A stretch of 64,000 nucleotides of DNA. It comes from Mobula hypostoma (lineage: Eukaryota). Positions 25,596 to 39,910 of the stretch are shown here, in pieces (position 1 is the first letter of the stretch; the number at the start of each line of letters is the position of its first letter). A program made the position numbers and the translations under genes. Under the pieces are notes generated by a model. It made no database searches. It was not told the DNA's origin and was given only the letters and a program-made list of their open reading frames with translations. The DNA lies in assembly GCF_963921235.1 (NCBI RefSeq), contig NC_086097.1:38876001-38940000 (forward strand). Reading direction: 5' to 3'.

Positions 25596-26840
25596 GTAGG
25601 TTTACTTTTATTTCCAATAAGAAAGCTTAATTTTAATTTGCAACCAGCGAATTGTAGTAGTTCTATGAAATGAGTTAGGATAATCTAAGCCCTGTTCTTA
25701 CTGGTATGAATTTATCAGTTATAAATTGTCATAATATTGACCTAATTTGTTTCTTTTAAAACTGGACAGAATAGAATGAGCTTCATTCAGTCTCTGCGAA
25801 CACAGGGATTCTTAAAGATTTCTTTTTTCAGTACAATATTTAAAGTTCTTTAAATGCTGGATTGCCTGGTCCAGTGGAATTTCAGTTAAGGACATACATA
25901 GTGAATTAATCTTTAATAACAAACATCTCATTTTATCATTCGTTACACAGTCACTTACTGACATAAGAGTAGTATGGAGGTAATGTCTCTAAATACTATG
26001 TCCAAGTTGATACTTATTTTTTCCATTTATTTCCATTCAAAAGCTGTGCAAGTAAAAGAAAATAGCACAAGTTTTAAAAATTAATAATAAGGGCATAATG
26101 AAGAGGCATTTTCAGCTTCTTTGCATTTTTTGAGTTCAGAATGAAAGTGTTCAGGAAATAACTGAAGTTGAAAAACTTTTCAACAGCAGATGAAATTTGC
26201 AGAAAACTGAATTAAGTTTAGACTGAACAGGCAACTGTTAACATACTTCAGCTTTCTGCTGAGATACAAAACTGTTGTGCCTCCATTTTGACTAAATAAC
26301 TTGTAAGAAAATGATCACAGTTCATAAACTTTGTATCATATGATGCAATTACTAGAGAGTCATCTCTGGTTAACTTAAACTTGAAACAAAAGCCGAAAGG
26401 CTGAAAAAACAGAGAAAGTTTGGTAAAATTTGTTAGAGACACCAAATTAAAGCTTCACATCTGTGTGTTATGTCCAGCATTTTCAATTTCACCATCCACT
26501 ACCCTGTGCATGGTAATTTAAACTTGGATAGATGAGTAATTTAAACTTGTGATATTTAAGATGTTCCCTGTTAATCAGAAATAAAAAGTGATCAATTATT
26601 GTGAGAAGCAATTCCGAAACAAGAAATCATACAAGATCACAATTCAGCAGCTTGAAGTAATATTGTAATTAACAAGTTAATGTATTACTGTGAATATTTT
26701 ACTGAAATTAATCATTTTTTGTTTGATAAATTTCTTCTCTTGGTTTAACTGATGCTGACACAGTGCAACACAATGCAAGTGTTTTTGCTTGTGATGTGAT
26801 TCCCAATTTAGAGACTAAGATTTCTTTTTATTTGCTGAAG

Positions 26841-26930
26841 TCCTTCACGAGATTCTCTCTTGGGTGATGTAATTCAAGCAGCAGTGGATGAATTATTCTG
26901 TCCCAGGACCGAGCTCTGTGAAGAACTTGG
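26841..26930 (+). CDS. C14orf28: C14orf28 orthologue, coding exon 3
   Basis: ctgaag| ... GG|GTATGT; PSRDSLLGDVIQAAVDELFCPRTELCEELG; phase 2/2. Confidence 0.88.
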
Positions 26931-29689
26931 GTATGTTCACTGACTTAATGTGCTTACAAATTGAATACAGGCCAGTAATTGGTTTAACAGTGACCAAGGA
27001 GTGAGTTATAGTCCATTATAGGAAATGTGTTTTATGAAATGAATCTGTCTGGAGCAGAGCCTCTCTAAAGTAAAGCAGTGAGCAGGCATCCTTGTTAAAT
27101 GGAAGCTGAATAATGAGTGAACAAATTCCCATTATCTTTCCCTACCTAAACATAGGTCAGAAACCATGAAAGACATACTTAATTTTGCCCTAGACTTTTT
27201 TTGAAATCTTAGGTTGAGAGAACTGGCTGAAGATTTCCTACCAGCGTTATGATACTAGCTGGTGATTTCTATTTTAGAATATGCTTTAAGGAATTTTTGT
27301 AAGTTTAAAAAAAATTCTGGAAGCCTAGTTTGATACTTGAGAAAAATGCAGCACTTTGTAATACTAGGTTGTTGATATAGTTGCAATAAACATGGAATAG
27401 TTATTTAGAGCCTGATTTGGTACATGCTTCTACATTTACATTTATTTACATTTTAAAATTTACATTTCTTTCTTTAATCAATAAGTACTTGTGTTCAATT
27501 CCAAAATTCTCAATGTCACATATACTTCTATTGTATATCCAATAGAACTAATGTGGTCTGCACACACAAAATACTGGAGGAACTCAGCAGGCCAGGCGGC
27601 ATCTATGGAAAATAGTACAGTCAACATTTCAGGCTGAGACCCATCAGCAGGACTGGGAAAAAAAGGAGTCAGAGTTAGAAGGAATGGGGGAGGGGAGGAA
27701 GAAACACAAAGTGATAGATGAAACCAGGGAAGGGAGAGGGGTGAAGTGAAGAGCTGGGAAGTTGATTGGTGAAAGAACTACAGGTCTGGCAAAGGGGATG
27801 GCATTTTTACAAGTAGCAGGATGGGAAGAGATATAATCCAAAAAGCTGTGAGAGTCAGTGGGTTTGTAATAGACATCAGTGGATAAACTGTCTCCAGAGA
27901 TAAAGAGATATTGAGAAAGTGGAGGGTGGTGTTGGAAATGGACCAGGTAAATTTGAAGGCAGGGTAGAAACATAGAAAAATTACAGCACAATACAGACCT
28001 TTCAGCCCACAATGCTGTGCCCAACATGTACTCACTTTAGAAATTACCTAGGGTTACCCATAGCCCTCTATTTTTCCAAGCTCCATGTACCTATCCAGGA
28101 GTCTCTTAAAAGACCCTGTCGTATTTGCCTCCACCACCGTTGCCAGCAGCCCATTCCATGCACTCAGCACTCTCTGCGTTTTAAAAAAAAAACACAATTT
28201 ACCCCTGACATCTCCTGTGCACCTACTTCCAAGCAGCTTAAAACTGTGCCCTCTCATGATAGCCATTTCAGCCCTGGGAAAAAGCCTCTGACTATCCACA
28301 CGATCAATGCCTCTCATCATCTTATACACCTCCATCAGGTCACCTCTCATCCTCCACCGCTCCAAGAAGAAAAGGCCAAATTCATAAACCTATTCTTTTA
28401 AGGCATGCTCCGCAATCCAGGCGACATCCTTGTAAATCTCCTCTGCACCTTTTCTATAGTTTCCACATCCTTCCTGTAGTGGGGTGACCAGATCTGAGCA
28501 CAAGTACTCCAAGGGGAGTCTGACCAGGGTCCTATATAGCTGTAACATTACCTCTCGGCTCTTAAACTCAATCCCAAGGTTGATAAAGGCCAATGCACTG
28601 TATGCCTTCTTAACCACAGAGTCAACCTGCGCAGCAGCTTTGAGTGTCTTACGGACTTGGCCCCAAGATCCCTCTGATCCTCCACACTGCCAAGAGTCTT
28701 ACTATTAATACTATATTCTGCCATCATATTTGACCTACCAAAATGAACCACCTCACACTTAACTGGGTTGAACTCCATCTGCCACTTCTCAGCCCAGTTT
28801 GGCATCCTTTCGATGTCCCGCTGTAACCTCTGACAGCCCTCCACACTATCCACATCTCCAATCTTTATGTCATCAGCAAATTTACTAACCCATCCCTCCA
28901 CTTCCTCATCCAGGTCATTTATAAAAATCACGAAGAGAATAGATCCCTGAGGCACACCACTGGTCACTGACCCCCATACAGAATATGACCCATCTACACC
29001 CACTCTTTGCCTTATGTGGGAAAGCCAATTCTGGATCCACAAAGCAAGGTCCCCTTGGATCCCATGCCTCCTTACTTTCTTAATAAGCCTTGCATGGGGT
29101 ACCTTATTAAATGCCTTGCTGAAATCCATATACACTACAGCTACTGCTCTTCCTTCATCAACATGTTTAGTCACAGTCAACATCGAAATCGATGGACAGC
29201 TGAAGAAGAAGGAGTCACGTTCTCAAAAAATTCAATCAGTCTCAAGGCACGACCTGCCTTTGACAGAGCTATGTTGACTGTTTCAAATCATATTATGCCT
29301 CTCCAAATGTTCATAAATCCTGCCTCTCAGGATCTTTTCCATCAACTTACCAACCACTGAAGTAAGACTCACTGGTCTATAATTTCCTGGGCTATCTCTA
29401 CTCTCTTGAATAAGGGAGCAACATCTGCAACCCTCCAATCCTCCGGAACCTCTCCCATCCCCATTGATGATGCAAAGATCATTACCAGAGGCTCAGCAAT
29501 CTCCTCTCTTGCCTCCCACAGTAGCCTGGGGTACATTTCATCTGGTCCCACAGACTTACCCAACTTGCTTTCCAAAAGCTCCAGCACATCCTCTTTCTTA
29601 CTGTCTATATGATAAAGCTTTTCAATCTGCTGTAAGTCATCCCTATAGTTGCCAAGATCCTTTTCTTTAGTGAATACTGAACTTCATTA

Positions 29690-30116
29690 GGACCAACAGA
29701 ATCAACAAACTCATTCGTAAGGCCAGTGATGTTGTGGGGATGGAACTGGACTGTCTGACAGTGGTGTCTGAAAAGAGGATGCTGTCCAAGTTGCATGCCA
29801 TCTTGGACAATGTCTCCCATCCACTACATAATGTACTGGTTGGGCACAGGAGTACATTCAGCCAGAGACTCATTCCACCGAGATACAACACAGAACGTCA
29901 TAGGAAGTCATTCCTGCCTGTGGCCATCAAACTTTACAACTCCTCCCTTGGAGGGTCAGACACCCTGAGCCAATAGGCTGGTCCTGGACTTATTTCCTGG
30001 TATAATTTACATATTACTATTTAACTACGTATGGTTTTACTACTATTTAATTATTTATGATGCAACTGTAACGAAAACCAATTTCCCCCGGGATCAATGA
30101 AGTATGACTATGACTA
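29690..30116 (+). mobile_element. Rex1/Babar 3' fragment nested in CR1-A
   Basis: RKSFLPVAIKLYNSS; (ATGACT)n tail; CR1-A resumes at ~30117. Confidence 0.75.
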
Positions 30117-30198
30117 TTAAGTACCTCAGTTATCTCCGCCGGTTCCAAACACACTTTTCCACTGTCACACTTGATTGGTCCTATTCTCTCACATCTTA

Positions 30199-31980
30199 TA
30201 GAAACATAGAAACATAGAAAATAGGTGCAGGAGTAGGCCATTCGGCCCTTCGAGCCTGCACCCCCATTTATTATGATCATGGCTGATCATCCAACTCAGA
30301 ACCCCGCCCCAGCCTTCTCTCCATACCCCCTGACCCCCGTAGCCACAAGGGCCATATCTAACTCCCTCTTAAATATAGCCAATGAACTGGCCTCAACTGT
30401 TTCCTATGGCAGAGAATTCCACAGATTCACCACTCTCTGTGTGAAGAAGTTTTTCCTAATCTCAGTCCTAAAAGACTTCCCCTCTAGCCTCAAACTGTGG
30501 CCCCTCGTTCTGGACTTCCCCAACATCGGGAACAATCTTCCTGCATCTAGCCTGTCCAATCCCTTTAGGATCTTATACATTTCAATCAGATCCCCCCTCA
30601 ATCTTCTAAATTCCAATGAGTACAAGCCCAGTTCATCCAGTCTTTCTTCATATGAAAGTCCTGCCATCCCAGGAATCAATCTGGTGAACCTTCTTTGTAC
30701 TCCCTCTATGGCAAAGATGTCTTTCCTCAGATTAGGGGACCAAAACTGCACACAATACTCCAGGTGTGGTCTCACCAAGGCCTTGTACAACTGCAGTAGT
30801 ACCTCCCTGGTCCTGTACTCGAATCCTCTCGCTATAAATGCCAGCATACCATTTGCCTTTTTCACCGCCTGCTGTACCTGCATGCCCACTTTCAATGACT
30901 GGTGTATAATGACACCCAGGTCTCGTTGCACCTCCCCTTTTCCTAATCGGCCACCATTCAGATAATAATCTGTTTTCCTATTTTTGCCACCAAAGTGGAT
31001 AACTTCACATTTATCCACATTAAATTGCATCTGCCATGAATTTGCCCACGTACCCAACCTATCCAAGTCACCCTGCATCCTCCTCACTGCTAACACTGCC
31101 ACCCAACTTCGTGTCATCCACAAACTTGGAGATGCTGCATTTAATTCCCTCATCCAAGTCATTAATATATATTGTAAACAACTGGGGTCCCAGCACTGAG
31201 CCTTGCGGTACCCCACTAGTCACCGCCTGCCATTCTGAAAAGGTCCTGTTTATTCCCACTCTTTGCTTCCTGTCTGCTAACCAATTCTCCACCCACACCA
31301 ATACCTTACCCCCAATACCGTGTGCTTTAAGTTTGCACACTAATCTCCTGTGTGGGACCATGTCAAAAGCCTTTTGAAAATCCAAATATACCACATCCAC
31401 TGGTTCTCCCCTATCCACTCTACTAGTCACATACTCAAAAAATTCTATGAGATTCGTCAGACATGATTTTCCTTTCACAAATCCATGCTGACTTTGTCCG
31501 ATCATTTCACCGCTTTCCAAATGTGCTGTTATCACATCCTTGATAACTGACTCCAGCAGTTTCCCCACCACCGACGTTAGGCTAACCGGTCTATAATTCC
31601 CCGGTTTCTCTCTCCCTCCTTATTTAAAAAGTGGGGTTACATTAGCCACCCTCCAATCCTCAGGAACTAGTCCAGAATCTAACGAGTTGAAAAATTATCA
31701 CTAATGCATCCACTATTTCTTGGGCTACTTCCTTAAGCACTCTGGGATGCAGACCATCTGGCCCTGGGGATTTATCTGCCTTCAATCCCTTCAATTTACC
31801 TAACACCACTTCCCTACTAACATGTATTTCGCTCAGTTCCTCCATCTCACTGGACCCTCTGTCCCTTACTATTTCTGGAAGATTATTTATGTCCTCCTTA
31901 GTGAAGACAGAACCAAAGTAATTATTCAATTGGTCTGCCATGTCCTTGTTCCCCATAATCAATTCACCTGTTTCTGTCTG
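30199..31980 (-). mobile_element. CR1 LINE 'B', 5'-truncated, nested in CR1-A
   Basis: Long RT ORFs 31068-31571 and 30404-31216 ([21 protein letters not shown]); (TTTCTATG)n tail; host reads KSKRI|RCERIGP across the insertion. Confidence 0.9.
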
Positions 31981-33499
31981 CTCTTGCTCTTGCTTCTGTA
32001 TCCTCTTGCTCTTCACATACTTGTAGAATTCCTTGGGGTTTTTTTTCATCCTGCTCGCCAAGGCCTTCTCATGGCCCCTTCTGGCTCTCCTAATTTCATT
32101 CTTAAGCTCCTTCCTGCTAGCCTTATAATCTTCTAGTTCTCTATCATTACCTAGTTTTTTGAACCTTTCATAAGCTCTTCTTTTATTCTTGACTAGATTT
32201 TCAACAGCCTTTGTACACCATGGTTCCTGTACCCTACCATCCTTTCCCTGTCTCATTGGAACGTACCTATGCAGAATGTCTCGCAAATATCCTCTGAATA
32301 TTTGCCACATTACAGCTGTACATTTCCGAGACCATCTGTTCGCAATTTATGCTTCCAAGTTCCTGCCTGATAGCTTCATATTTCTCCTTACTCCAATTAA
32401 ACACTTTCCTAGCTTGACTGTTTCTATCCCTCTCTAATACTATGGTAAAGGAGATAGAATTGTGATCACTTTCTCCAAAATGCTCTCCCACTGAGAGACG
32501 TGACACCTGACCAGGTTCATTTCTCAATACCAGATCAAGTACAGCCTCTCCTCTTATAAGCTTATCTACATATTATGTCAGGAAACCTTCCTGAACACAC
32601 CTAACAAACTCCACTCCATCTAAACCCCTTGCTCTAGGGAGTTGCCAATCAATCTTTGGGAAATTAAAATCTCCTGCTATGACAACCCTGTTATTATTAC
32701 ACCTTCCCAGGATCTGTCTCCCTATCTGCTCCTCGATGTCTCTGTTCCTATTGGGTGGTCTATTTAAAAAACCCAGTAAAGTTATTGATCCCTTCCTGTT
32801 TCTAGCTTCCACCCACAGAGACTCAGTAGACAATCCCTCCATGACTTCCTCCTTTTCTGCAGCCATGACACTATCTCTAACCAGCAGTGCCATACCCCCA
32901 CCTCTTTTGCCTCCCTCCCTGTCCTTTCTGAAACATCTAAAGCCTGGCATTCTAAGTAACCATTCCTGCCATTCAACCATCCAAGTCTCTGTAATGGCCA
33001 CATCACAGCTCCAAGTACTGATCCATGCTGTAAGCCATTTTCTGCTTTCTTCATGATGCTGCTTGCATTAAAATAGACACATCTCAAACCATCTGTTTGA
33101 GCGCATCCCTTCTCTATCACCTGCCCATCCTTCCTCTCGCACTGTCTCCAAGCTTTCTTTATTTGTGAGCCAACTGCCCCTTCCTCCGTCTCTTCAGTTC
33201 AGTTCCCACCCCCCAATGATTCTAGTTTAAACTCTCCCCAATAGCCTTAGCAAACCTCCCTGCCAGGATATTAGTCCCCCTGGGATTCAAGTGCAACCTG
33301 TCCTTTTTGTACAGGTCACGCCTGCCCCAAATGAGATCCCAATGATCCAGAAATCTGAATCCGTGCCCCCTGCTCCAATCCCTCAGCCACACATTTATCC
33401 TCCACCTCACTCTATCCCTATACTCACTATCACATGGAACAGGCAATAATCCCAAGATTACTACCTTTGAGGTCCTGCTTCTTAATTTCCTTCCTAACT

Positions 33500-34780
33500 T
33501 CGAGAGATTGGTTATGGCACACATTAATCACAGCCTACCGGTCAACCTCGACACTTTGCAATTTGCCTACCGGAGCAACAGGTCAATGGCAGATGCCATC
33601 TCTCTGGCCCTACATTCCTCCTTAGAACACCTGGAGAATAAAGGCGCATATGTAAGGCTCCTTTTCATTGACTACAGCTCTGCCTTTAATACCATCATTC
33701 CAAATAAACTGATTCCTAAGCTCCGGAACCTGGGCCTTAGCACTCAGATCTGCAGCTGGATCTTCAACTTCCTCACAGACATGACACAGGCTGTAAAAAT
33801 AGGGGACAAGCTCTCCTCTACAATCACTCTGAGCACCGGTGCCCCACAAGGCTGTGTACTCAGCCCCCTGCTGTACTCACTGTACACCCATGATTGTGCA
33901 GCCAAGTTTCCATCAAACTCAATATACCTGATGACACAACAATTGTAGGCCATATCTCGGGTAATGATGAGTTTGAGTACAGAGAGGAAATTAAGAACCT
34001 GGTGGCATGGTGTGAAGACAATAACCTATCCCTCAATGTCAGCAAGACGAAGGAATTGGTTGTTGGCTTCAGAAGGAGTAGCGGACCACACGACCCAATT
34101 CACAAATGACCTGACTTGGTCCAACCAAGTAGAGTTCATTGCCAAGAAGGCCCACCAGCGCCTTTACTTCCTGAGAAAACTAAAGAAAATTGGCCTGTCC
34201 CCTAAAACCCCCACTAATTTTTATAGATGCACCGTAGAAAGCATTCTTCTAGGGTGCATCACAACCTGGTATGGAAGTTGTCCTGTCCAGGACCGAAAGA
34301 AGCTGCAGAAGATCGTGAACATGGCGCAGCACATCACACAAATCAATCTTCCGTCCGTGAACTCACTTTACACCGCACGCTGTCGGAGCAGTGCTGCCAG
34401 GATAATCAAGGACACGACCCACCCAGCCAACACACTTTTCGTTCCTCTTCCCTCCGGGAGAAGGGTCAGGAGCTTGAAGACTCGTACGGCCAGATTTGGG
34501 AACAGCTTCTTTCCAACTGTGATAAGACTGCTGAACGGCTCCTGACCCGGATCTGGGTCGTACCCTCCAAATATCCAGACCTGCCTCTCGGTTTTTTTGC
34601 ACTACCTTACTTCCCATTTTTCTATTTATGATTTATAATTTAAATTTTTAATATTTACTAATTTTTGCTATTTTTAATACTTAATATTTGTAATCCAGCG
34701 AGTGGGAAGCTCAGAATCAAATATCGCTGTGATGATTGTACGTTCTGGTACCAATTGTTTGGCGACAATAAAGTATAAAG
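33500..34780 (+). mobile_element. Rex1/Babar LINE fragment nested in CR1-A ORF1
   Basis: [43 protein letters not shown] at 33495-33499 and 34781-34785. Confidence 0.9.
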
Positions 34781-36966
34781 TAACTCCCTGTACTCTGTTT
34801 TCAAGACCTCCTCCCTTTTTCTACCTGTCGTTGGTACCAATATGTATCACGACCTCTGGCTGTTCACCTTCCTACTTCAGGATATTGTGGATGCGAAACA
34901 TCCCGGACCCTGGCACCTGGAAAGCAAACGACCATCCACATTTCTTTCCAGCATCCACAGAATCGCCTGTCTGTCCCCCTAACTATAGAGTCCCCTATTA
35001 CTGCTGCCTTTTTCCTTTCTCTGCCCTTCTGAGCCACAGGGCCAGACTCTGTACCAGGGGTGCGGCCACTGTTGCTTCCCCCAGGTAGGCCATCCTCCCC
35101 AGCAGTATTCAAACGGGAGTACTTATTGTCAAGGGGGACAGCCACAGGGCTACTCTCTAGTATCTGACTCCTGCTCTTACCCCTCCTGACTGTTACCCAC
35201 TCATCTGTATCCCAAGACCCTGGTGTGACTACTTACCTATAGCTCCTCTTTATCACCTCCTCACTTTCCCTGACCAGACAAAGGGAAAGTTGGAGGCAAA
35301 ATTGATGAAGTTGACGAGCTTAGCTTGGGTGCACGAGGCAGCACCAATGAGGTCATCGATGTAGCGTAGGAAAAGTTGGGGAGTGGCACCAGTGTATATT
35401 TGGAACATAAACTGTTTTAGGTAGCTGACAAAAAGGTAGGCATAGCCGGGACCGATGCAAGTACCCATGGCTACACTTTTTGTTTGAAGGAAGTGGGAGG
35501 AGCCAAAGGAGAAATTATTGAGAGTGAGGATGATCCTCCCACCACCCCACCAGCGATAGGGTTCCTCTTGTCCTCACCTACCACCCCACCAGCCTCTGCG
35601 TCCAGCACATAAATCTCCGTGACTTCCACCAACTCCAACTGGATCCCACCACCAAGCACATCTTTCCCTCTCCCACTCCCCGCTTTCTGCAGGTATCACA
35701 GATCTCCCTCCTGGCACTTATCCTTGTAAGTGGAGCAAGTGCTACACCTGCCCCTACACCTCTTCTGTCACTACCATCCAGGGCCCTAAACAGTCCTTCC
35801 AGGTGAGGCAATACTTCAGCTGTGAGTCTGTTGGGGTCATCTATAGTATCTCATGCTCCTGGTGTGGCCTCTTGTATATCGGTGAGACCTAATGTAGATT
35901 GGAAGACCGCTTCGCCGAGCACCTGCACTTCGTCCTTCAGAAGAAGTGGGATCTCCCAGCGGCCATCCATTTTAATTGCACTTCCCATTCCCATTCTGGC
36001 ATGTCCATACATGGCCTCCTCCACTGTCATAACAAGGCCACACTCAAGTTGGAGGAGCAACAGTTTGTATTCCATCAAGGTAGCCTCCAACCTGATGGCA
36101 TGAACATCAATTTCTCAAGCTTCTAATAATGACCCCCCCATCCCTTTCTCTATTCCCCATCCCCTTTTCCCTCTCTCACCTTAACTCCTTGCCTGCCATT
36201 GCCTCCCTCTGGTGTTCCTCCCCCTTCCTTTCTTTCTTCCATGGCCTTCTGTCAAACTCCCCCTTTCTCCAGCCCTGTTTCTCTTTCACCAATCAACTTC
36301 CCAGCTCTTTACTTTATCCCTCCCCCTTCAGGTTTCACCTATCACCTTGTGTTTCTTTGCCCCCTTTCCCCACCTTCTAACTCTTGACTCCTCATCCATT
36401 TTTTTCCTCTCCAGTCCTACTGAACTCTTTTCCATAGATGCTGCCTGGCCTGCTGAGTTTCTCCAGCATTCTGTGTGTTGCTTTACTTCCAGCATCTGCA
36501 GAATTTCTCATTTGTGATTGAAAAACTAATATATTCATTTTCTTCAAAAAACTAATTATTATGCATTAGTTTTTTCCCCATCCCTCAAGCAACAATCAAG
36601 TTGTTTTAAGTGTGAAACAGGACTGAATGTGTGCGTACAAAATTAAAATACTGGCTTCCATTTTGCAATATGTCCGCTGCACTTGTTAATACCTTCACTT
36701 TGTGTGTTTTTTCCTTATTAGATTTAGCCTTAGCTGTGGAAAAATTTAAACAAAGATACTATGAGAGGTAATTTTGTCACATGCCCTGAGTTGAGTTTTG
36801 TGTAGTTACTTGTCACCTTAAGGGAACTGAGATGATTTAATGGGCCTGTCATCTTGAAAAATGAACTTAACTGAAAATTTGTAAGTTGGAGAATATGAAA
36901 GGATAATTTAAAAACTAAGTCTAAGTAATGGAGATTTTTTATTATCATATGCCATTTGGTATCTGA

Positions 36967-37152
<186 letters not shown>

Positions 37153-37581
37153 TGAGGTGATACAATTCTCCTTTTACATCATTACTGGCAAAATTCTATT
37201 TAAAATACTGTACCGCACGGAAGTATAGAATTTATGAAAATCAAGAGTAATAGTACCTGAAATCGACTGGTTCAATCATTAATGCTAGAGCAGTGCAACA
37301 GAATCACTCAGCAAGATTGATAGTCCCAAAGTTGCATACTCTTGAAACAACTTGCAAAGAAACTTAAGCTCTTAATTTTTTATTGATTTTTGGCTGCAGA
37401 CTGAACATGTAACAGTCTGCATATATGTGGGAGGTGAGAATAAATTGTTTGGACCATAGATTACCCAGATTGGGGGAGGGGGTGGTTGCATGAAATTAAG
37501 GGAATATAAATAGAATTTAGAAGCAATCACATTCTATTAAAAGATGTTGAAATAGAATGCTTGTTTGGAAAAATAAACTGA

Positions 37582-37830
<249 letters not shown>

Positions 37831-38199
37831 GTCATACTTATTTTAAAACTATGCAGAGTAAATTAAATCATTTTGGTATTAAAGGAAAATTGGACAATTA
37901 AGTTCTGATTTATTAACCAAAAAGATTTTAATGTTCTAGATATTAACTTTAAAACTATGCAAATACTGTATGTACAAAGATGTATTTTGGATATCAAGTA
38001 TTTTTATATAACTTATGGAGTAAAGTTTATTTACATGTTATATTGAAGGATGTGCACACAAAATAATCAGAACTTTCTAAATGAACAGATGTAAAAACCA
38101 GAGCACAATGAAGAAGCTCTGAAAAAATAATGACTAATTTTACCTAAAAACAGTGGCACACTTGATAGTTGGAAATGATGACAAAATGCTGTGACTATT

Positions 38200-38289
38200 A
38201 ATAAATTCTGAAACTGACAGCATCACCTGAAGTCACCATTGGGCAGTTAAACAAAACCAGATGCCTGGTACTTCACACGCAGCAATAAA
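38200..38289 (+). terminator. Candidate poly(A) signals for C14orf28
   Basis: AATAAA at 38200 and 38284 downstream of the stop; the region is AT-rich so specificity is low. Confidence 0.35.
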
Positions 38290-39119
38290 CAAATTGTTAA
38301 CTTTTTTGCACAACCTAAGCAAAAGTAATCCTGAATCTAATCCAATGCAAAGGTATTTGCAAATTATTCCTGCTGGAAAGTACATTAAAATATTCTTAGG
38401 AAACTTTAAGCAACAAATGGTATATTAAGCAAAATTACTGCTAGGCAATCTCTGGTTCCAAACTTGGATTGTAGTTTAATAATTTCCAGACTCTGCTTTA
38501 ATTTTGCAGTCTGATTTTGTAACTGCACGAATGTGATATCACTGCTGACAAATGCTACAGATATTCTAGAAGTAGTGTCAACAGTAGTAGCCAGTGCAGG
38601 GCAAGTCCAGTCTGTTACTAATCGTAGTACCTATTTACTAGCTACTGATTTAACAGAGTCCAGGCATTTTGAGAGAGAAAAAATGGCTCATCTAGAAAAC
38701 TAATTGACAAGCACATTTAATAAAGGGGTATTGAAAATAAAAATTGGTGTCAGTTATCCTCTAGTGATGTTAGGAAGAAATAAATTACTAGATCACACAT
38801 TTTTCCAGTATTCCAAGCAGATAATTTTAAAACTTAGTCTAAGAAATTAAATGTATTAAAGCCCTGTCAGCTCAATTAGCTTTTAAATCTACCAAATCTA
38901 CCAACTATCATACTTAAGATATGCTTCAGAACTATTTTAAGATGAGAATTAGATTCCCTTTCAAGAATGTAGCATGTTACTTGTAGCAGAGATTAAACTA
39001 AGTTCCATAACAGGCAAAGTACTGTACCTTAGTGATAAACAGAACATTTAATGTAAATTTCAGCAGTCTTAATGTACATCACTTACCACCCAGAAAAATA
39101 GGAATTTCATAAAAGCATT

Positions 39120-39910
39120 AGGTATAGGATTAGAATTAGGCCATTCAGCCCAAGTCTCCTTTGCCATTCCATCATGGCAGATTTTCCTTCCCAATCCTCT
39201 TCTCTTGCCTTCTCCCCATAACCTTTGATGCCCTGACTAATGAAGAAATGTACCTAATGAGATGGCCTCCACAGATGTCTCTGGCAATGAATTCCACACA
39301 TTCACTATTCTAATGGACATCACTATCTTCTGAGGTTGTGCCCTCTAGTCCTAAACTTACCAAATATGGGAAACATCTTGTCCATGTCCACTCGATGTAG
39401 GCCTTTCAATATTTGACAGGTTTCAATAAGATTCTTCCCCCCACTCCACTTCTAAACAACAATGAATACAGGTTCACACCCATCAAATGCTGCACATACA
39501 TTAACCCTTTCGTATCTGGAATCATTCTTGTGATCTTCCTCTGAACCATCTCCAATACCAACACATCTTTTAGATAAGGGGCCCAAAATTGCACCCAATA
39601 CTCCCTGTGGTCTGATCAATGCCTTATAAAGCCTCAGCATTACATCCTTGCTTTTCATTTCAAGAGGACTAGAATGTAATGTTAACATTGCATTTGCCTT
39701 CCTTACCACTGACTCAAACCTACAAGTTAACCTTTAGGGAATCCTGCACAGGACTCCCAAGATCCTTTGCCTCTATGATTTTTGAATTTTCTCCTCATTT
39801 ACAAAATAATCCACTTTTTTCCTTCTACTGAAGTGCATGTCCATACATTTCCCTACATTATATTCAGTCTGCCACTTCTTTGCCCATTCTCCTAATCTAT
39901 CCAAGTCTTT
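39120..39910 (-). mobile_element. Decayed CR1 3' fragment
   Basis: MLRLYKALIRP / QFWAPYLKD remnants and CR1 3' UTR. Confidence 0.75.

Larger units (their letters stand above)
27966..35280 (-). mobile_element. CR1 LINE 'A', long copy with ORF1 esterase, APE endonuclease and RT, interrupted three times
   Basis: (TTTCTATG)n tail at ~27966; RT (SGVPQGS, SKFADD) 28548-29183; EN (AITETW, AGDFNFP, GESDHNS) 32267-33001; SGNH esterase VIGDSIVRG (~34990) and DRLHLNPRG (~33290). Confidence 0.9.
27561..36515. mobile_element. Penelope-like element (RT piece on -, GIY-YIG piece on +) split by a nested ~7.3-kb LINE stack
   Basis: RT FLRYIDDLIGAA..FASNF (35284-35468, -) continues as YPAFKFTWSIS (~27960, -); GIY-YIG region at ~35780-36125 (+); PLE terminal sequences at both ends. 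Confidence 0.8.

Noticed and set aside
30273..31377. Long plus-strand ORFs (230 and 113 aa)
   Set aside because: Antisense shadows of CR1 RT.
33964..34545. ALKBH8 N-terminal-like protein gene
   Set aside because: The KKAHQRLYFLRKL region is the post-RT part of Rex1/Babar LINEs and recurs at several places in the window.
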